Below, piece after piece: positions 9,006-18,101 of a DNA stretch of 64,000 bases. This DNA comes from an uncultured Enterobacterales bacterium (lineage in GTDB: Bacteria; Myxococcota_A; UBA796; CAJQPC01). A program made the position numbers and the translations under genes. Every line of letters starts with the position of its first letter. The stretch's first letter is position 1. The stretch is from contig CAZMNK010000005.1 of assembly GCA_964567625.1 (NCBI GenBank), forward strand, positions 343-64,342, given 5' to 3'. Under the pieces are notes generated by a model. It made no database searches and was not told where the DNA came from. It worked only from the letters and a program-made list of their open reading frames with translations.

Positions 9006-10322
9006 TCAGGGGCGGAAGATGCTGGTTTTGTTCGGGTTCCAGCCGGCCAGTTTGCTGTCCTTTGATTGCTTGAGTTCCGCGAGCCCGTCCAGTGCGGTCT
9101 GCACCAGTTGTTGGGCGGTCGGGCGCTTGTCTGGTTCCTGGTTCAGGGAGGTGGCGAAGACGTGGTGGGGACTGCACGCCTTGACATCATCCTGGTCATT
9201 GGCTGCCAGTTTCAGGCGCTGGGACATTCGCTCGGCCAGGATGCGAGCCCCCACGTGCTGGGTGCCGGGAAGCACGACCAGAAAATGCCCGGCATCCAGG
9301 AGTCCGATGGCGTCCCCGGTGCGGACAAGGTCCCGTATTGCCTGGAAGGTGGCGACCTGGCCATTGACTGTGGCCTCGCCGCCGAGGTCTCCACCACAGG
9401 AGATGGCGATCACGCTCAGGGGCATGTGGAAACGAGAAGCTGTGTGTAGTGCGGACTTCACCAGGGCCCAGATGAACCGAGGGTCTCCGGCAAGCTCCAG
9501 GCCGGTCTGGATCTTCGCCACGGCCTCGGCATCCATCTCAGCGCTCTTCTCCCCACTGATGCCCATCAGGCTGTGGAGGACTCCCAGGCCGGATGCGTCG
9601 ACAGAGGGCGTTTCCGTGGACGGGGTGACTTCGTCCTGGCCGAACATTTTCGCGACCTGCTGGATGATCGGCCAGGCCTCGTGTTCCGAGGTGATGTCCC
9701 CGCTCTTCAGGGCGAGGCCCTCCTGCTGGGTGCGGAGCGGGGAGCCCGCTTCCGGAGCCACGTGGTTTCGCGTCGTGGTGGGCAGCTTCCAGCGACGGGC
9801 CAGCACGGCGTTCTCCTCGGTCCCGTTGGTGCCGAAGAAGAAGGCCTCCGCTCGTGTCAGGGCCTCTCCCTGGAGATGGCTGAACACTTCGCCGAAGGAA
9901 GATCCCCGGAAGTGGCCCATCAGGCTGGCGGACCCGGCAATCGTGGACAGCCCGGTTGTGATCTCGTCAGCGACCTTCTCTGCGTCCTTTTTGTCGCTCA
10001 ATTCATGGACGGCGAGGCCGGCCATGATCGCTCCCCTTTGGATCAGGAGCGGGGAGATCTCCTCCAGGGTCTTGAGGAGTTGGCGCCAGAGCACGGCCTT
10101 GCGAAAGACGGAAGCCCCCATGGCCTCGGCGGCGTCGCCGACCTTGGTGGCCGGCTTCTGCTCTCCGATGACGGGGCTGTCGGCGATTCGGAGGAGGAGA
10201 TCCTTCAGGCCTTCATCAAAACCGGAGAGGGCTTGAGCAGCGTTGGTCGGGTCGAAGGAACAGAGCTCGTCCTGGAGGACGCTCTCGACCGTGAAGTCGA
10301 TCTCCGCCAGTTCTTCACTCAT
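9006..10322 (-). CDS. HDOD-like domain protein with degenerate GGDEF-like C-terminal domain
   Basis: 438 aa. LLRIADSPVIGEQKPATKVGDAAEAMGASVFRKAVLW and ENAVLARRWKLP resemble HDOD. The C-terminus PLSVIAISCGGDLGG...RTGDAIGLLDAGHFLVVLPGT has GGDEF-domain topology with GGDEF replaced by DAGHF. Strong GGAGG RBS upstream. Confidence 0.55.
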   Translation of the reverse strand: MSEELAEIDFTVESVLQDELCSFDPTNAAQALSGFDEGLKDLLLRIADSPVIGEQKPATKVGDAAEAMGASVFRKAVLWRQLLKTLEEISPLLIQRGAIMAGLAVHELSDKKDAEKVADEITTGLSTIAGSASLMGHFRGSSFGEVFSHLQGEALTRAEAFFFGTNGTEENAVLARRWKLPTTTRNHVAPEAGSPLRTQQEGLALKSGDITSEHEAWPIIQQVAKMFGQDEVTPSTETPSVDASGLGVLHSLMGISGEKSAEMDAEAVAKIQTGLELAGDPRFIWALVKSALHTASRFHMPLSVIAISCGGDLGGEATVNGQVATFQAIRDLVRTGDAIGLLDAGHFLVVLPGTQHVGARILAERMSQRLKLAANDQDDVKACSPHHVFATSLNQEPDKRPTAQQLVQTALDGLAELKQSKDSKLAGWNPNKTSIFRP

Positions 10323-10687
10323 GCTCTCCTCCCAGCCATGGCCGAGACAGCTTCCTCATCGGCAGTGTCTCCCGGCCTCTTGAGCGGATCAGGGGCGGAC
10401 CAGGGGCCAGCAGAAGGGTTCAGGAGGGCGAGTACGGGCATGGGGACTTCTGGCGACGCAGAGACCTGGTCCCCCCCAGGTCAGGGCCAACTGGCCGGGA
10501 ACGTTGATTTGTGGTGCGGCCATCATTGAACCACCTGGGAACGCCGCAGAGGAGGATAATCGAGTCATTGAGGTCTTCTCCTGCACAGCGGGTTGGGGCG
10601 ACAATGGAACCAGTCATCGTGGTTTCGGGAGATGATGATCTCTCGAGCAGGACATTCTCGTCCGGACCTACAGCGAGGAGATCACGA

Positions 10688-11023
10688 ATGCGGAATCAGC
10701 GCGGCGGTTGGGTTGCCCTCCTTCTGGCACTTCTACTGGTCCCGGGGATGAGTTGCGGGGGGGACGACCCCACGGATCCGGCGAATTGGGTCGCCAGGCA
10801 GTCGCTCTTCCACATCAATGATCTGCGGGACAGGCAAGGCGCGGCGAAGATCCGCTCGGCACTGCGCCGGACCCGAGGTGTCACCTATGTGGAGGTCGAT
10901 CTGCCTTTGTCCCAGGTCCTGGTCACCTATGAAACGTCCGTGACAGACAACAATGTGCTGATCAAGGTCATCCGTGATGCCGGCTATGTCGCCGTCTGGC
11001 AGAAGGAATTCGGAAACCCCTGA
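10688..11023 (+). CDS. Small lipoprotein with HMA (heavy-metal-associated) fold-like sequence lacking the CxxC metal site
   Basis: Start chosen at ATG 10688 (GAGGAG 8 nt upstream) so that the leader MRNQRGGWVALLLALLLVPGMSC is N-terminal. FHINDLRDRQGAAKIRSALRRTRGVTYVEVDL...VIRDAGY follows the HMA pattern, with DLRDRQG where M(T/H)CxxC is expected. Confidence 0.55.
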   Translation: MRNQRGGWVALLLALLLVPGMSCGGDDPTDPANWVARQSLFHINDLRDRQGAAKIRSALRRTRGVTYVEVDLPLSQVLVTYETSVTDNNVLIKVIRDAGYVAVWQKEFGNP

Positions 11024-11092
11024 CCGGCCAGGGTCGGCGAGGGATGCGGGCGGCTGCCCTGTCGCCAGGCTCCGGTGTTCGGGCCGTCCTCC

Positions 11093-12115
11093 TCAGCGCT
11101 CCTCCAACGCCTCCATCGCAGCGGGCGTGCAATCCGAGGGTGCGGTGACCGGGTTGCACCCCACCGGCTCTCCTCCCGGGATGGCGGCCACGTAGGAACG
11201 GCCCTCCACCGGTGCGGGGAAGTTCGTGGCCAGGAAGTGGGCGCCAGCCACCAGGGAGCCCTCCAGTTGGCTGGTGTTGGTCTCGTCGCTCTCGCCGGCG
11301 TTGTCCACATTGGAGGTGATCACAAAGCCCCGGTTGCCCCAGTCGGCGATGTCCTCGGCGTTTTCCACCGCGTCGTTGACCTTGAGCATGCCGGCCCAGG
11401 GCTGCTCGGGGCCGCTGGCGTCGGGGAAGATCAGCAGGCCCTCGGTGGAGGGGGAATCGGCCACGTACTCGTCCCGGTGTTCCTCGTCGCCGAGGAGGGC
11501 GAAGATCGCATGTCCCCGCAGTGAGCCCAGAGTGGGAAAGCCGTGTGCCTGGACCCCTTCGGACAGGGTGTCGGCGTCACCTCGGACGTCATCGGGGGTC
11601 AGGATGCGTTCCGCCGGCCAGCCGTCCTGGATCGCCTCCTCCAGCTCATCCCAGTGGCCGGACAGGTCCTCCAGGGTATCGACCAGGCCGTCCAGATCAT
11701 CTTTGGGCTCGAGCCAGAAGACGAGGGGCAGGTGGCAGGGGTGTTGCTTTGACCACTCCCAGGCCTCCGAGAGGCAGTCCTCCAGCCGCCGGCAGGTGGT
11801 CTCCTCGTCCACCACGGGCAGGTGAAAGACCTCGAATCCGACCCCTTTTCTCAGGTGCAGGTCCAGTTCGAAGCCTCGCACCCCCTGCTCCGACAACTGC
11901 ACCTCGAGGGGTGAATGGCTGTAGCGCTGGGACTCGTCGAAGATCGCTGCAGGTTCCAGGTGGTAGCTGTTGTGGGTCGCCAGGGCCTGGACGTGGTGCA
12001 GTTGCAGGATCTCGTCCAGGGGCCCCGGTGTCTCACAGGTGGGGAGGGGTTCCGGCTCCCCGGTGTCGTCTGCCGAGCCCGTGCAGGCGTGCAGGATCAG
12101 CAGAGGGGTCCACAC
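11093..12115 (-). CDS. Lipoprotein, Ca2+-dependent PI-PLC-like phosphodiesterase (PLC-like TIM barrel)
   Basis: 340 aa, GTG start. Leader MWTPLLILHAC followed by TGSADDTGEPEP. HHVQALATHNSYH is typical of the PI-PLC-C1 family. Lies 9 bp downstream of the PNGase F-like gene. Confidence 0.7.
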   Translation of the reverse strand: MWTPLLILHACTGSADDTGEPEPLPTCETPGPLDEILQLHHVQALATHNSYHLEPAAIFDESQRYSHSPLEVQLSEQGVRGFELDLHLRKGVGFEVFHLPVVDEETTCRRLEDCLSEAWEWSKQHPCHLPLVFWLEPKDDLDGLVDTLEDLSGHWDELEEAIQDGWPAERILTPDDVRGDADTLSEGVQAHGFPTLGSLRGHAIFALLGDEEHRDEYVADSPSTEGLLIFPDASGPEQPWAGMLKVNDAVENAEDIADWGNRGFVITSNVDNAGESDETNTSQLEGSLVAGAHFLATNFPAPVEGRSYVAAIPGGEPVGCNPVTAPSDCTPAAMEALEER

Positions 12116-12124
12116 GCCGTGTGC

Positions 12125-13102
12125 CTAGTGTGCCCGGAGCAGGAGACCGCTCATGTAGTAGTAGGGCTGGTCCCCGTCTCCGGACCAGGTGTACGGCTCC
12201 AGGGCATAGCCGACAGTGGCGGTCTCACCGGTCCAGTGCTCGGTCACATCCATGTCCCAGGGATGGACCTGGGCACCTGGACACCAGCCCGCTCGGTTGT
12301 ACTCCCAGGTGCCGGCCTGGGTGCCATCGGTCACGGTGTCGGCACAGTCGTCTCGCCAGACTTCCCGATCCCAGGTCCCTTCCCCGACCGTGTAGCTGTG
12401 GTCCTTGGCACAGAACTCGGCGCAGTTCTGGCGGTTGTCCCAGCCGTGACCGGAGATGAAGGAGCGCAAGGTGACCTGGGTGGCCGAGTCCACGGGGAGT
12501 TCCACCGGAACCACCTGGTCCGTGACTGGGTTGTCCTCGAGCCCGGCGTTGTAGGAGAGGTGGGGCCAGACCGGGATGATCTCGGTGACCTCGGGGACAG
12601 GCGGTGCCCCGCCTTCGAAGTCCAGTTCTGCGTCGAACAGCCATCCTTCCCCCTGGCTGTGGCCGGGGCCCACCCAGGTGTCGATGAAGACCCTCAGGGT
12701 GATGGTGTCGCTGAGAAGGGGCCGGAGTTCGGTCAGGTCACTCTCCCAGGAGAAGCCGACGCGGTAGGCCGTGATGAAGCGGTCCAGCTCCACGTAGGTC
12801 TCGTCGTCGGTGCCGGGGTCCAGCACGATGCCAAAGGTGCCGTAGCGGTCCCAGTAGTCGCACTTGTCATCGGGGCAACTCAACTCGAAGCGCCCTGTGA
12901 TGCGACTGTAGGTCGTGCTGGCGTCCGGGAAGTCGACCTGGACATCCACGGACCGGCGGTTCTCGTCGCCGTAGTAGACGTGCTCGGCGTCAAAGGCCGA
13001 GATCGTGGCGTCCTCCCCCGGTGTGCGGGTGTCTCCGGAGTCGACGGGCTCGGTTCCGGTACAGGCCACGAGGAACAGTGCGGACAACAGTGCAGTGAAC
13101 AT
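12125..13102 (-). CDS. Lipoprotein, peptide-N4-(N-acetyl-beta-glucosaminyl)asparagine amidase F (PNGase F) homolog
   Basis: Start at ATG 13102 gives the leader MFTALLSALFLVAC. CPDDKCDYWDRYGTFGIV...LDRFITAYRVG and RSFISGHGWDNRQNCAEFCAKDH...NRAGWCPGAQV align with remembered PNGase F segments CPNKTCDEWDRYANVYV...IGRFITPYWVG and TTISGWGH...GCAEWC...DRAGWCPGMAV. Confidence 0.85.
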   Translation of the reverse strand: MFTALLSALFLVACTGTEPVDSGDTRTPGEDATISAFDAEHVYYGDENRRSVDVQVDFPDASTTYSRITGRFELSCPDDKCDYWDRYGTFGIVLDPGTDDETYVELDRFITAYRVGFSWESDLTELRPLLSDTITLRVFIDTWVGPGHSQGEGWLFDAELDFEGGAPPVPEVTEIIPVWPHLSYNAGLEDNPVTDQVVPVELPVDSATQVTLRSFISGHGWDNRQNCAEFCAKDHSYTVGEGTWDREVWRDDCADTVTDGTQAGTWEYNRAGWCPGAQVHPWDMDVTEHWTGETATVGYALEPYTWSGDGDQPYYYMSGLLLRAH

Positions 13103-13163
13103 GCCCTCTGAGGTACACCCTGGGCCGCCAACGCGCCACTGGCTTTGGCGCTTCAGGGGGCCG

Positions 13164-13946
13164 TCAGACAGGGTTTGTTGCCGCTGGAATTGCTGCCGAT
13201 GAGGCCGTCCGGGCCCACAGAAGGAATTCCACGTTGCCGCCCTTGGCGCCCTTGATCGGGGACACGCAGTCGCCCAGGATCTCGAAGCCTCCCAGCCGGG
13301 CTGCGGACTTGATGTCTTCCAGGGCCTCGCGCCGTACCCCTTCATCGCGAACCACGCCTCCGCGACCCAGCTTGGCTCGACCCACCTCGAACTGGGGTTT
13401 CACCAGCACCACGACATCGGCCCCGGGGGAGGCGATGGCGGTGATCGCTGGGAGCACCTTTTCCAGGGAGATGAAGGACAGGTCCCCCACCACGAGATCG
13501 ACCGGCTCGGGAAGGCTCTCGGCAGTCAGGTGGCGGGCATTGGTCCGTTCGAGCACCGTCACTCGATCGTCCTGGCGCAGCCTCCAGGCAAGCTGCCCGT
13601 AGCCCACGTCGATGGCGTAGACCCTGGTGGCGCCGCGCTGGACCAGGCAGTCGGTGAAGCCGCCAGTGCTCGCGCCCAGGTCCGCGGCGATCCGACCGGT
13701 CACGTCCAGTCCAAAGGTCTCCAGGGCTCCTTCCAGCTTCACCCCACCCCGGGAGACAAACCGCATGTCTGTGCCCCGAAGGCGCACTTCGACATCGGTC
13801 CGGACCTGGGTTCCCGCCTTGGTGACCGGGGTGTCGGCCACCAGGACCTTCCCCGCCAGGATCAGCGCCTGGGCCCTCGCCCGGGAAGGGACCAGCCCCC
13901 GGTCCACCAGGAGCTTGTCGAGGCGGACCTTGGGGATGGCGGGCAC
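13164..13946 (-). CDS. tlyA: TlyA family rRNA (cytidine-2'-O)-methyltransferase
   Basis: 260 aa, GTG start abutting the ispA stop. S4-like N-terminus VRLDKLLVDRGLVPSRARAQALILAGKV. FtsJ-like SAM motif AADLGASTGGFTDCL. Confidence 0.9.
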   Translation of the reverse strand: MPAIPKVRLDKLLVDRGLVPSRARAQALILAGKVLVADTPVTKAGTQVRTDVEVRLRGTDMRFVSRGGVKLEGALETFGLDVTGRIAADLGASTGGFTDCLVQRGATRVYAIDVGYGQLAWRLRQDDRVTVLERTNARHLTAESLPEPVDLVVGDLSFISLEKVLPAITAIASPGADVVVLVKPQFEVGRAKLGRGGVVRDEGVRREALEDIKSAARLGGFEILGDCVSPIKGAKGGNVEFLLWARTASSAAIPAATNPV

Positions 13947-14801
13947 TCAGACCTTCCGGTCGATCGTGAACCGGGCCAGGGCCTCGAGTGCGGGGTGTTC
14001 CAGCACCTCCAGGGCCTCCATGGCTCCTTTGACCAGTCCCCGGGCCCGGCGAGTGGTCTCTTCGGCCCCCAGGAGCTTCACGAAGCTCGGGGGGCCGTCT
14101 TCCCCCGCGTCTTGTTGGGCATCGAGCACATCATCGGCCAGCTGGAAGGCGAGTCCCAGGTCCCGTCCGAACCGGTCGAGGGCGTGGGCCTGGACCTCGT
14201 CGCCGCCACCAGCGATGGCCCCCATGCGCACCGAGGCCTGGATCAGGGCCCCGGTCTTGCGCCGGTGCAGTGCCATCAGGGTTTCGATGTCTTCCACGGG
14301 TCCCCCAAGCCCCAGGTCGAGGACCTGGCCGCCGATCATCCCGGCGTACCCGGCGGCATGGGACAGTTCATGAACCAGCGCCATGCGGCCATCCCCATCC
14401 AGCAGCGGGCAGAGGTGCAACTGGCGGAAGGCCTCGGTCAACAGGGCATCGCCCACCAGGATCGCCGCAGCCTCACCGTGAACCCTGTGCAGTGTGGGGC
14501 GCCCCCTCCGGGTCTCGTCGTCGTCCATGGCGGGCAGGTCGTCGTGGACCAGGGAGTAGCAGTGGACGAGTTCCACGCTGGCGAAGAGCGGCAGCAGGAG
14601 TTCCGAGCTGTCGGTGCCGCTGGTCTCTTCATAGGCGGCCATCGCCAGCAGGGGGCGGATGCGCTTGCCGCCGTTCTGGAGCGGGCAGCGGCACATCTCT
14701 CCGAAACGTGGAGGCACCGCATCCTGGAAGAGGCTGTCCAGGTGCTCCTGGAGGGCTCGACGCCGTGGGTCGGCCCAGGCCTCGAGATCAAATCCGGTCA
14801 T
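13947..14801 (-). CDS. ispA: Polyprenyl (farnesyl/geranyl) diphosphate synthase
   Basis: 284 aa. First DDxxD-type motif LVHDDLPAMDDDETRRGRPTLH and second motif FQLADDVLD. Confidence 0.9.
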   Translation of the reverse strand: MTGFDLEAWADPRRRALQEHLDSLFQDAVPPRFGEMCRCPLQNGGKRIRPLLAMAAYEETSGTDSSELLLPLFASVELVHCYSLVHDDLPAMDDDETRRGRPTLHRVHGEAAAILVGDALLTEAFRQLHLCPLLDGDGRMALVHELSHAAGYAGMIGGQVLDLGLGGPVEDIETLMALHRRKTGALIQASVRMGAIAGGGDEVQAHALDRFGRDLGLAFQLADDVLDAQQDAGEDGPPSFVKLLGAEETTRRARGLVKGAMEALEVLEHPALEALARFTIDRKV

Positions 14802-15280
14802 CCGTCCGCAGGGACCTCGGCACCGCCTTCTTCAGCGGGTGCTGCACTGGGGGGCTTGGCCGGTCCCTCGTCCTTCATTCGCGCCAGCCCGACGCGGTCG
14901 GCACCAGCATCGCGAACCAGGTCCATCACCGCGATGACCTGGCCGTACTCCAGGTTCGGGTGGGCGTCGACAAAGACGACCTTCTTGTCCTTGACCCGCA
15001 GCCGCTTTCGCAACTGCTCGTAGAGCTCGCGCTTCTCCAGGATCCGCAGGTTGAGCGCGACCTTGCCGTCTTCGTAGGCGGCCACCAGCAACTGGTCCTT
15101 CTTGTCGTCGTCCTTGGGTCGTTGCTGCTTGGTCTGGGAGGGCAGGTTGGCGGCCATCTCGTCAATGGTTCTCGGGGTGATGACCATGAAGATGATCAGC
15201 AAGACCAGGACGATGTCGATCAACGGGGTGACGTTGATGTCGCTGTCGGGGCCAGACCCCTTGTTCATCTGGAAGCCCAT
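14798..15280 (-). CDS. exbD: ExbD/TolR family biopolymer transport protein
   Basis: 160 aa. INVTPLIDIVLVLLIIFMV signature. 1-nt overlap with the upstream exbD (TGATG). Confidence 0.85.
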   Translation of the reverse strand: MGFQMNKGSGPDSDINVTPLIDIVLVLLIIFMVITPRTIDEMAANLPSQTKQQRPKDDDKKDQLLVAAYEDGKVALNLRILEKRELYEQLRKRLRVKDKKVVFVDAHPNLEYGQVIAVMDLVRDAGADRVGLARMKDEGPAKPPSAAPAEEGGAEVPADG

Positions 15281-15696
15281 CAGTCTTCCTGGAGCTTTTC
15301 GGCGGCCAGGAGCAGGGTGCTCATGCCACCTTCATTGAGGACGTCCATGACTGCGCGGACCTCGCCGTAGAAGAGCTGGGTGTCCGCCTTGATCAGGATC
15401 GCCCGGTTGGGATCCCGCCGGTACTCGGCGTTGACCTCATCGATCAGGTTCTCCAGTGGGACCTGCTTGCTGTCCACGAAGACAGCGCCGTCATCCCGGA
15501 TGCTGACCACCAGGTGCTGGCCGTTGTCCTGGGCAGTGGTGCTGGTCCGGGCGTTGGGCAGCTTCACGTCCACCCCCGAGCTGAGCATCGGGGTGACGAC
15601 CATGAAGATGATGAGCAGCACCAGCACCACGTCCACAAGGGGCGTGACGTTGATGTCGCTCATCGCGCCGCCCTTCTCGCCGACCTTCATGCCCAT
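15280..15696 (-). CDS. exbD: ExbD/TolR family biopolymer transport protein
   Basis: 138 aa. INVTPLVDVVLVLLIIFMVV signature. Confidence 0.85.
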   Translation of the reverse strand: MGMKVGEKGGAMSDINVTPLVDVVLVLLIIFMVVTPMLSSGVDVKLPNARTSTTAQDNGQHLVVSIRDDGAVFVDSKQVPLENLIDEVNAEYRRDPNRAILIKADTQLFYGEVRAVMDVLNEGGMSTLLLAAEKLQED

Positions 15697-15733
15697 GGGG
15701 CTGCCTCGACAAGGGGAGTGGTGGAGAACAGGC

Positions 15734-16444
15734 TCACTTGGCCGGGGCCTCCATGGTGGGAGCGTCTTCTCCCTCGGTCATCCTCAGCAGGGTCTTTTCA
15801 CCCCAGTCCATGAACTCCTCGATCGCCACGGTGATGTCGTTGATGATCGCGTCGACCCGGGCGGTGAAGTAGTTGTAGAGCCAGACGCCGAGAATCGCGA
15901 CGGCGATTCCGATGGCGGTGGCCACCAGGGCTTCGGCGATCCCTGCGGAGACGGAAGCCAGCCCACCGGAGCCGCTTTCAGCCATGGCCTGGAAGGCGTT
16001 GATGATTCCGAAGATCGTGCCGACCAGGCCCACAAAGGGTGCGGTGGAGCCGACGGTGGCCAGGATGTTCATCCCTCTCCGAAGGTCAGCGGATTCCCGG
16101 ACGGACCGTCGGTCCATGGCTCGCCGCGCGGCGTCCAGTCCAGGTCGATCGATGTCAGGTCGCTCTTTCAGCTCGGCGAGCCCGACCTCCATCATGTGCC
16201 CAAGGTACGCGTGCTTGACCTCTGGCTCCTGGGTGGCCTGGAGGGCCCCCGCCAGGTTGCCTGAAGCGAGGTGCGCCGTGAGGCTCTCCGCCAGCTCGCG
16301 GGACTGTGTCCGCGCCTTGCCAAAGGTGACCCAGCGTTCCAGGCCCACGTACACGCTGATGATTGCCATCAAGATGAGGAGGATGATGATCAGCTTGGGG
16401 ATGAGGCCCATCTGGGCCCAGAGGTGGGTGAGCTCAAAACTCAT
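15734..16444 (-). CDS. exbB: MotA/TolQ/ExbB proton channel protein
   Basis: 236 aa, three TM segments. LATVGSTAPFVGLVGTIFGIINAF signature. Confidence 0.9.
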   Translation of the reverse strand: MSFELTHLWAQMGLIPKLIIILLILMAIISVYVGLERWVTFGKARTQSRELAESLTAHLASGNLAGALQATQEPEVKHAYLGHMMEVGLAELKERPDIDRPGLDAARRAMDRRSVRESADLRRGMNILATVGSTAPFVGLVGTIFGIINAFQAMAESGSGGLASVSAGIAEALVATAIGIAVAILGVWLYNYFTARVDAIINDITVAIEEFMDWGEKTLLRMTEGEDAPTMEAPAK

Positions 16445-16477
16445 GGTTTTCCTCTCAGGGACTCGGGGGTCATTTGC

Positions 16478-17233
16478 CTACCGCAGAACGAAGCGGAAGG
16501 TCAGGACGAATTGGGCTTTCTGGGCCTTTCCTTCGACCTTGTAGGGGTAGAATTTCCATTTCCACGCCGCGCCGACGGCGTTGTCTTTGTAGATGGCGGG
16601 ACAGGCCTCGACCTTGACGTCGTAGACATTGCCCTTCTGGTCGATGAACAGGCGGACATTGCAGCGCTCGTCGGTCAGGCCGAGCTCCACCGCCGCCCGA
16701 GGAGTCTTGGGCTCCACGCGCTTCTTCGGGCGTACCTCGGTCCAGTGCACTGCACGGACACCGGTGCCTCCCAACTGTCCACCCAGGACACCACCGATCT
16801 GACCACCGATGACGCCGCCGACTTCGCCGCCCTCGACGCCACCCTCCATGCCGCCCTCGACACCGGCCACTTCAGGCTCCGTTTTCTTCTCGGGCTCGGG
16901 GACTTCTTCGGGGAGCTCCTCGATCTCTTCAGGCTCCTCCTCCTCCTCTTCCTCCTCCTCTTCTTCTTCTTCCTCTTCCTCTTCCTCTTCCTGGGTTTCC
17001 TCCACCTTGGTCTCGGCCTGGGCGGGGGGAGGCGGAGGTGGCGGCGGAGGTGGCGCGGCCTCGTCCATGAAGGTCACCTCGACCGCCTCGTCGTCCTCGA
17101 CTTCCTCGACGATCTGGGTGCCCAGGAAGATCGCAGCGCTGGTGGAACTACCGGTAAGGAGCAGGGCGAGCAGCATGGCGCCGGCCTGGCGGCGGCGGTT
17201 TGCCTTGCGTGACTTTCCAACGGTGTCGAACAT
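16478..17233 (-). CDS. TonB-like energy transducer with poly-Pro and poly-Glu spacer
   Basis: 251 aa. N-terminal TM anchor (AGAMLLALLLTGSSTSAAIFLG), P10 run, E19 run. C-terminal TonB_C-like CNVRLFIDQKGNVYDVKV...AAWKWKFYPYKVEGK. Confidence 0.7.
   Translation of the reverse strand: MFDTVGKSRKANRRRQAGAMLLALLLTGSSTSAAIFLGTQIVEEVEDDEAVEVTFMDEAAPPPPPPPPPPAQAETKVEETQEEEEEEEEEEEEEEEEEEEPEEIEELPEEVPEPEKKTEPEVAGVEGGMEGGVEGGEVGGVIGGQIGGVLGGQLGGTGVRAVHWTEVRPKKRVEPKTPRAAVELGLTDERCNVRLFIDQKGNVYDVKVEACPAIYKDNAVGAAWKWKFYPYKVEGKAQKAQFVLTFRFVLR
16934..16990 (-). repeat. Trinucleotide (CTY/GAR) run encoding 19 consecutive Glu
   Basis: 19 consecutive CTC/TTC triplets on the + strand, in frame with the TonB-like CDS. 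Confidence 0.9.
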
Positions 17234-17377
17234 CGGCCGTCAGCTGGAGGGGCCCGCGATCATAAGGTGGCGGTCCGTGGTCTTCTACCCCCCAGGACAA
17301 CAGGAATGTGTCTGGAGTTCGTTCGGCGTCGGCGTGGGACGTCGATCTGGGCCCTTCGACACACCCGGGTTGTTGGC

Positions 17378-18037
17378 TCAACGTATTCGAAAAGTAAGCT
17401 CCAGATCCGAGCGCACCGTCCGTGCAAGGCCATCGCTGATCACTGGCTGGAACACCCAGGTCTCGATCGTGGAGAGGGCCAGGGCGTGGGCTACCTCGGG
17501 GCCGTCGACCACCACGGCTTCGACCACCTCGCCCTTCTCGTTTACCAGGATCCTCACGTGGACGGTGGCCTCGCTCAACTCGGCGTCCCGGAAGGCCATC
17601 CGGGTTTCGCGGTCAAGGCGGGTCGGGGTGTGGATCTCGGTGAGCAGTGCCGAACTTGGAACGTGCAGGACGCCTTTTTCGTCCAGGCAGGGGCCGTAAT
17701 CGACTTCGCAGGGGACGGCGGCTGTCTCGGGAGGATCCCAGGGCAACAGGCCAGGCGCGTAGCGTGGGGCGGTGCTCACGGTGGGGTTTAGCAGGGCCAC
17801 CTCTCCTTTCACGCCCACGCAGCGGGTGTTGGGGGATGTTCGGTCCAGCGCGGTGCGAAAGGCTTTCTCTGTGGTCGGTTCGCCCAGGGCCTGGGCACAC
17901 CCGGGCAGGCCTGTGGGGCTCACTGCGGCTGCCCGGGCGCTGCGCTCGTGCCAGAGTCGGATGTTCGCTTGCTGGGCCTCGTGACTGCTTGTCTGGGGGT
18001 CGGCCAAAGCAGCGGTGAGAAGAAGGCTCCAGACCAT
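17378..18037 (-). CDS. Secreted protein with TonB_C-like C-terminal domain
   Basis: 219 aa with N-terminal signal-like MVWSLLLTAALA. The C-terminus VHVRILVNEKGEVVEAVVVDGPEVAHALALSTIETWVFQPV follows the TonB C-terminal pattern. Confidence 0.5.
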   Translation of the reverse strand: MVWSLLLTAALADPQTSSHEAQQANIRLWHERSARAAAVSPTGLPGCAQALGEPTTEKAFRTALDRTSPNTRCVGVKGEVALLNPTVSTAPRYAPGLLPWDPPETAAVPCEVDYGPCLDEKGVLHVPSSALLTEIHTPTRLDRETRMAFRDAELSEATVHVRILVNEKGEVVEAVVVDGPEVAHALALSTIETWVFQPVISDGLARTVRSDLELTFRIR

Positions 18038-18101
18038 GGAATCGGACCTCCGTTTGACCGGTGGGTGCTTGAGAAGCGGTCAGGGGAAACCGCTGACAGG
18101 G

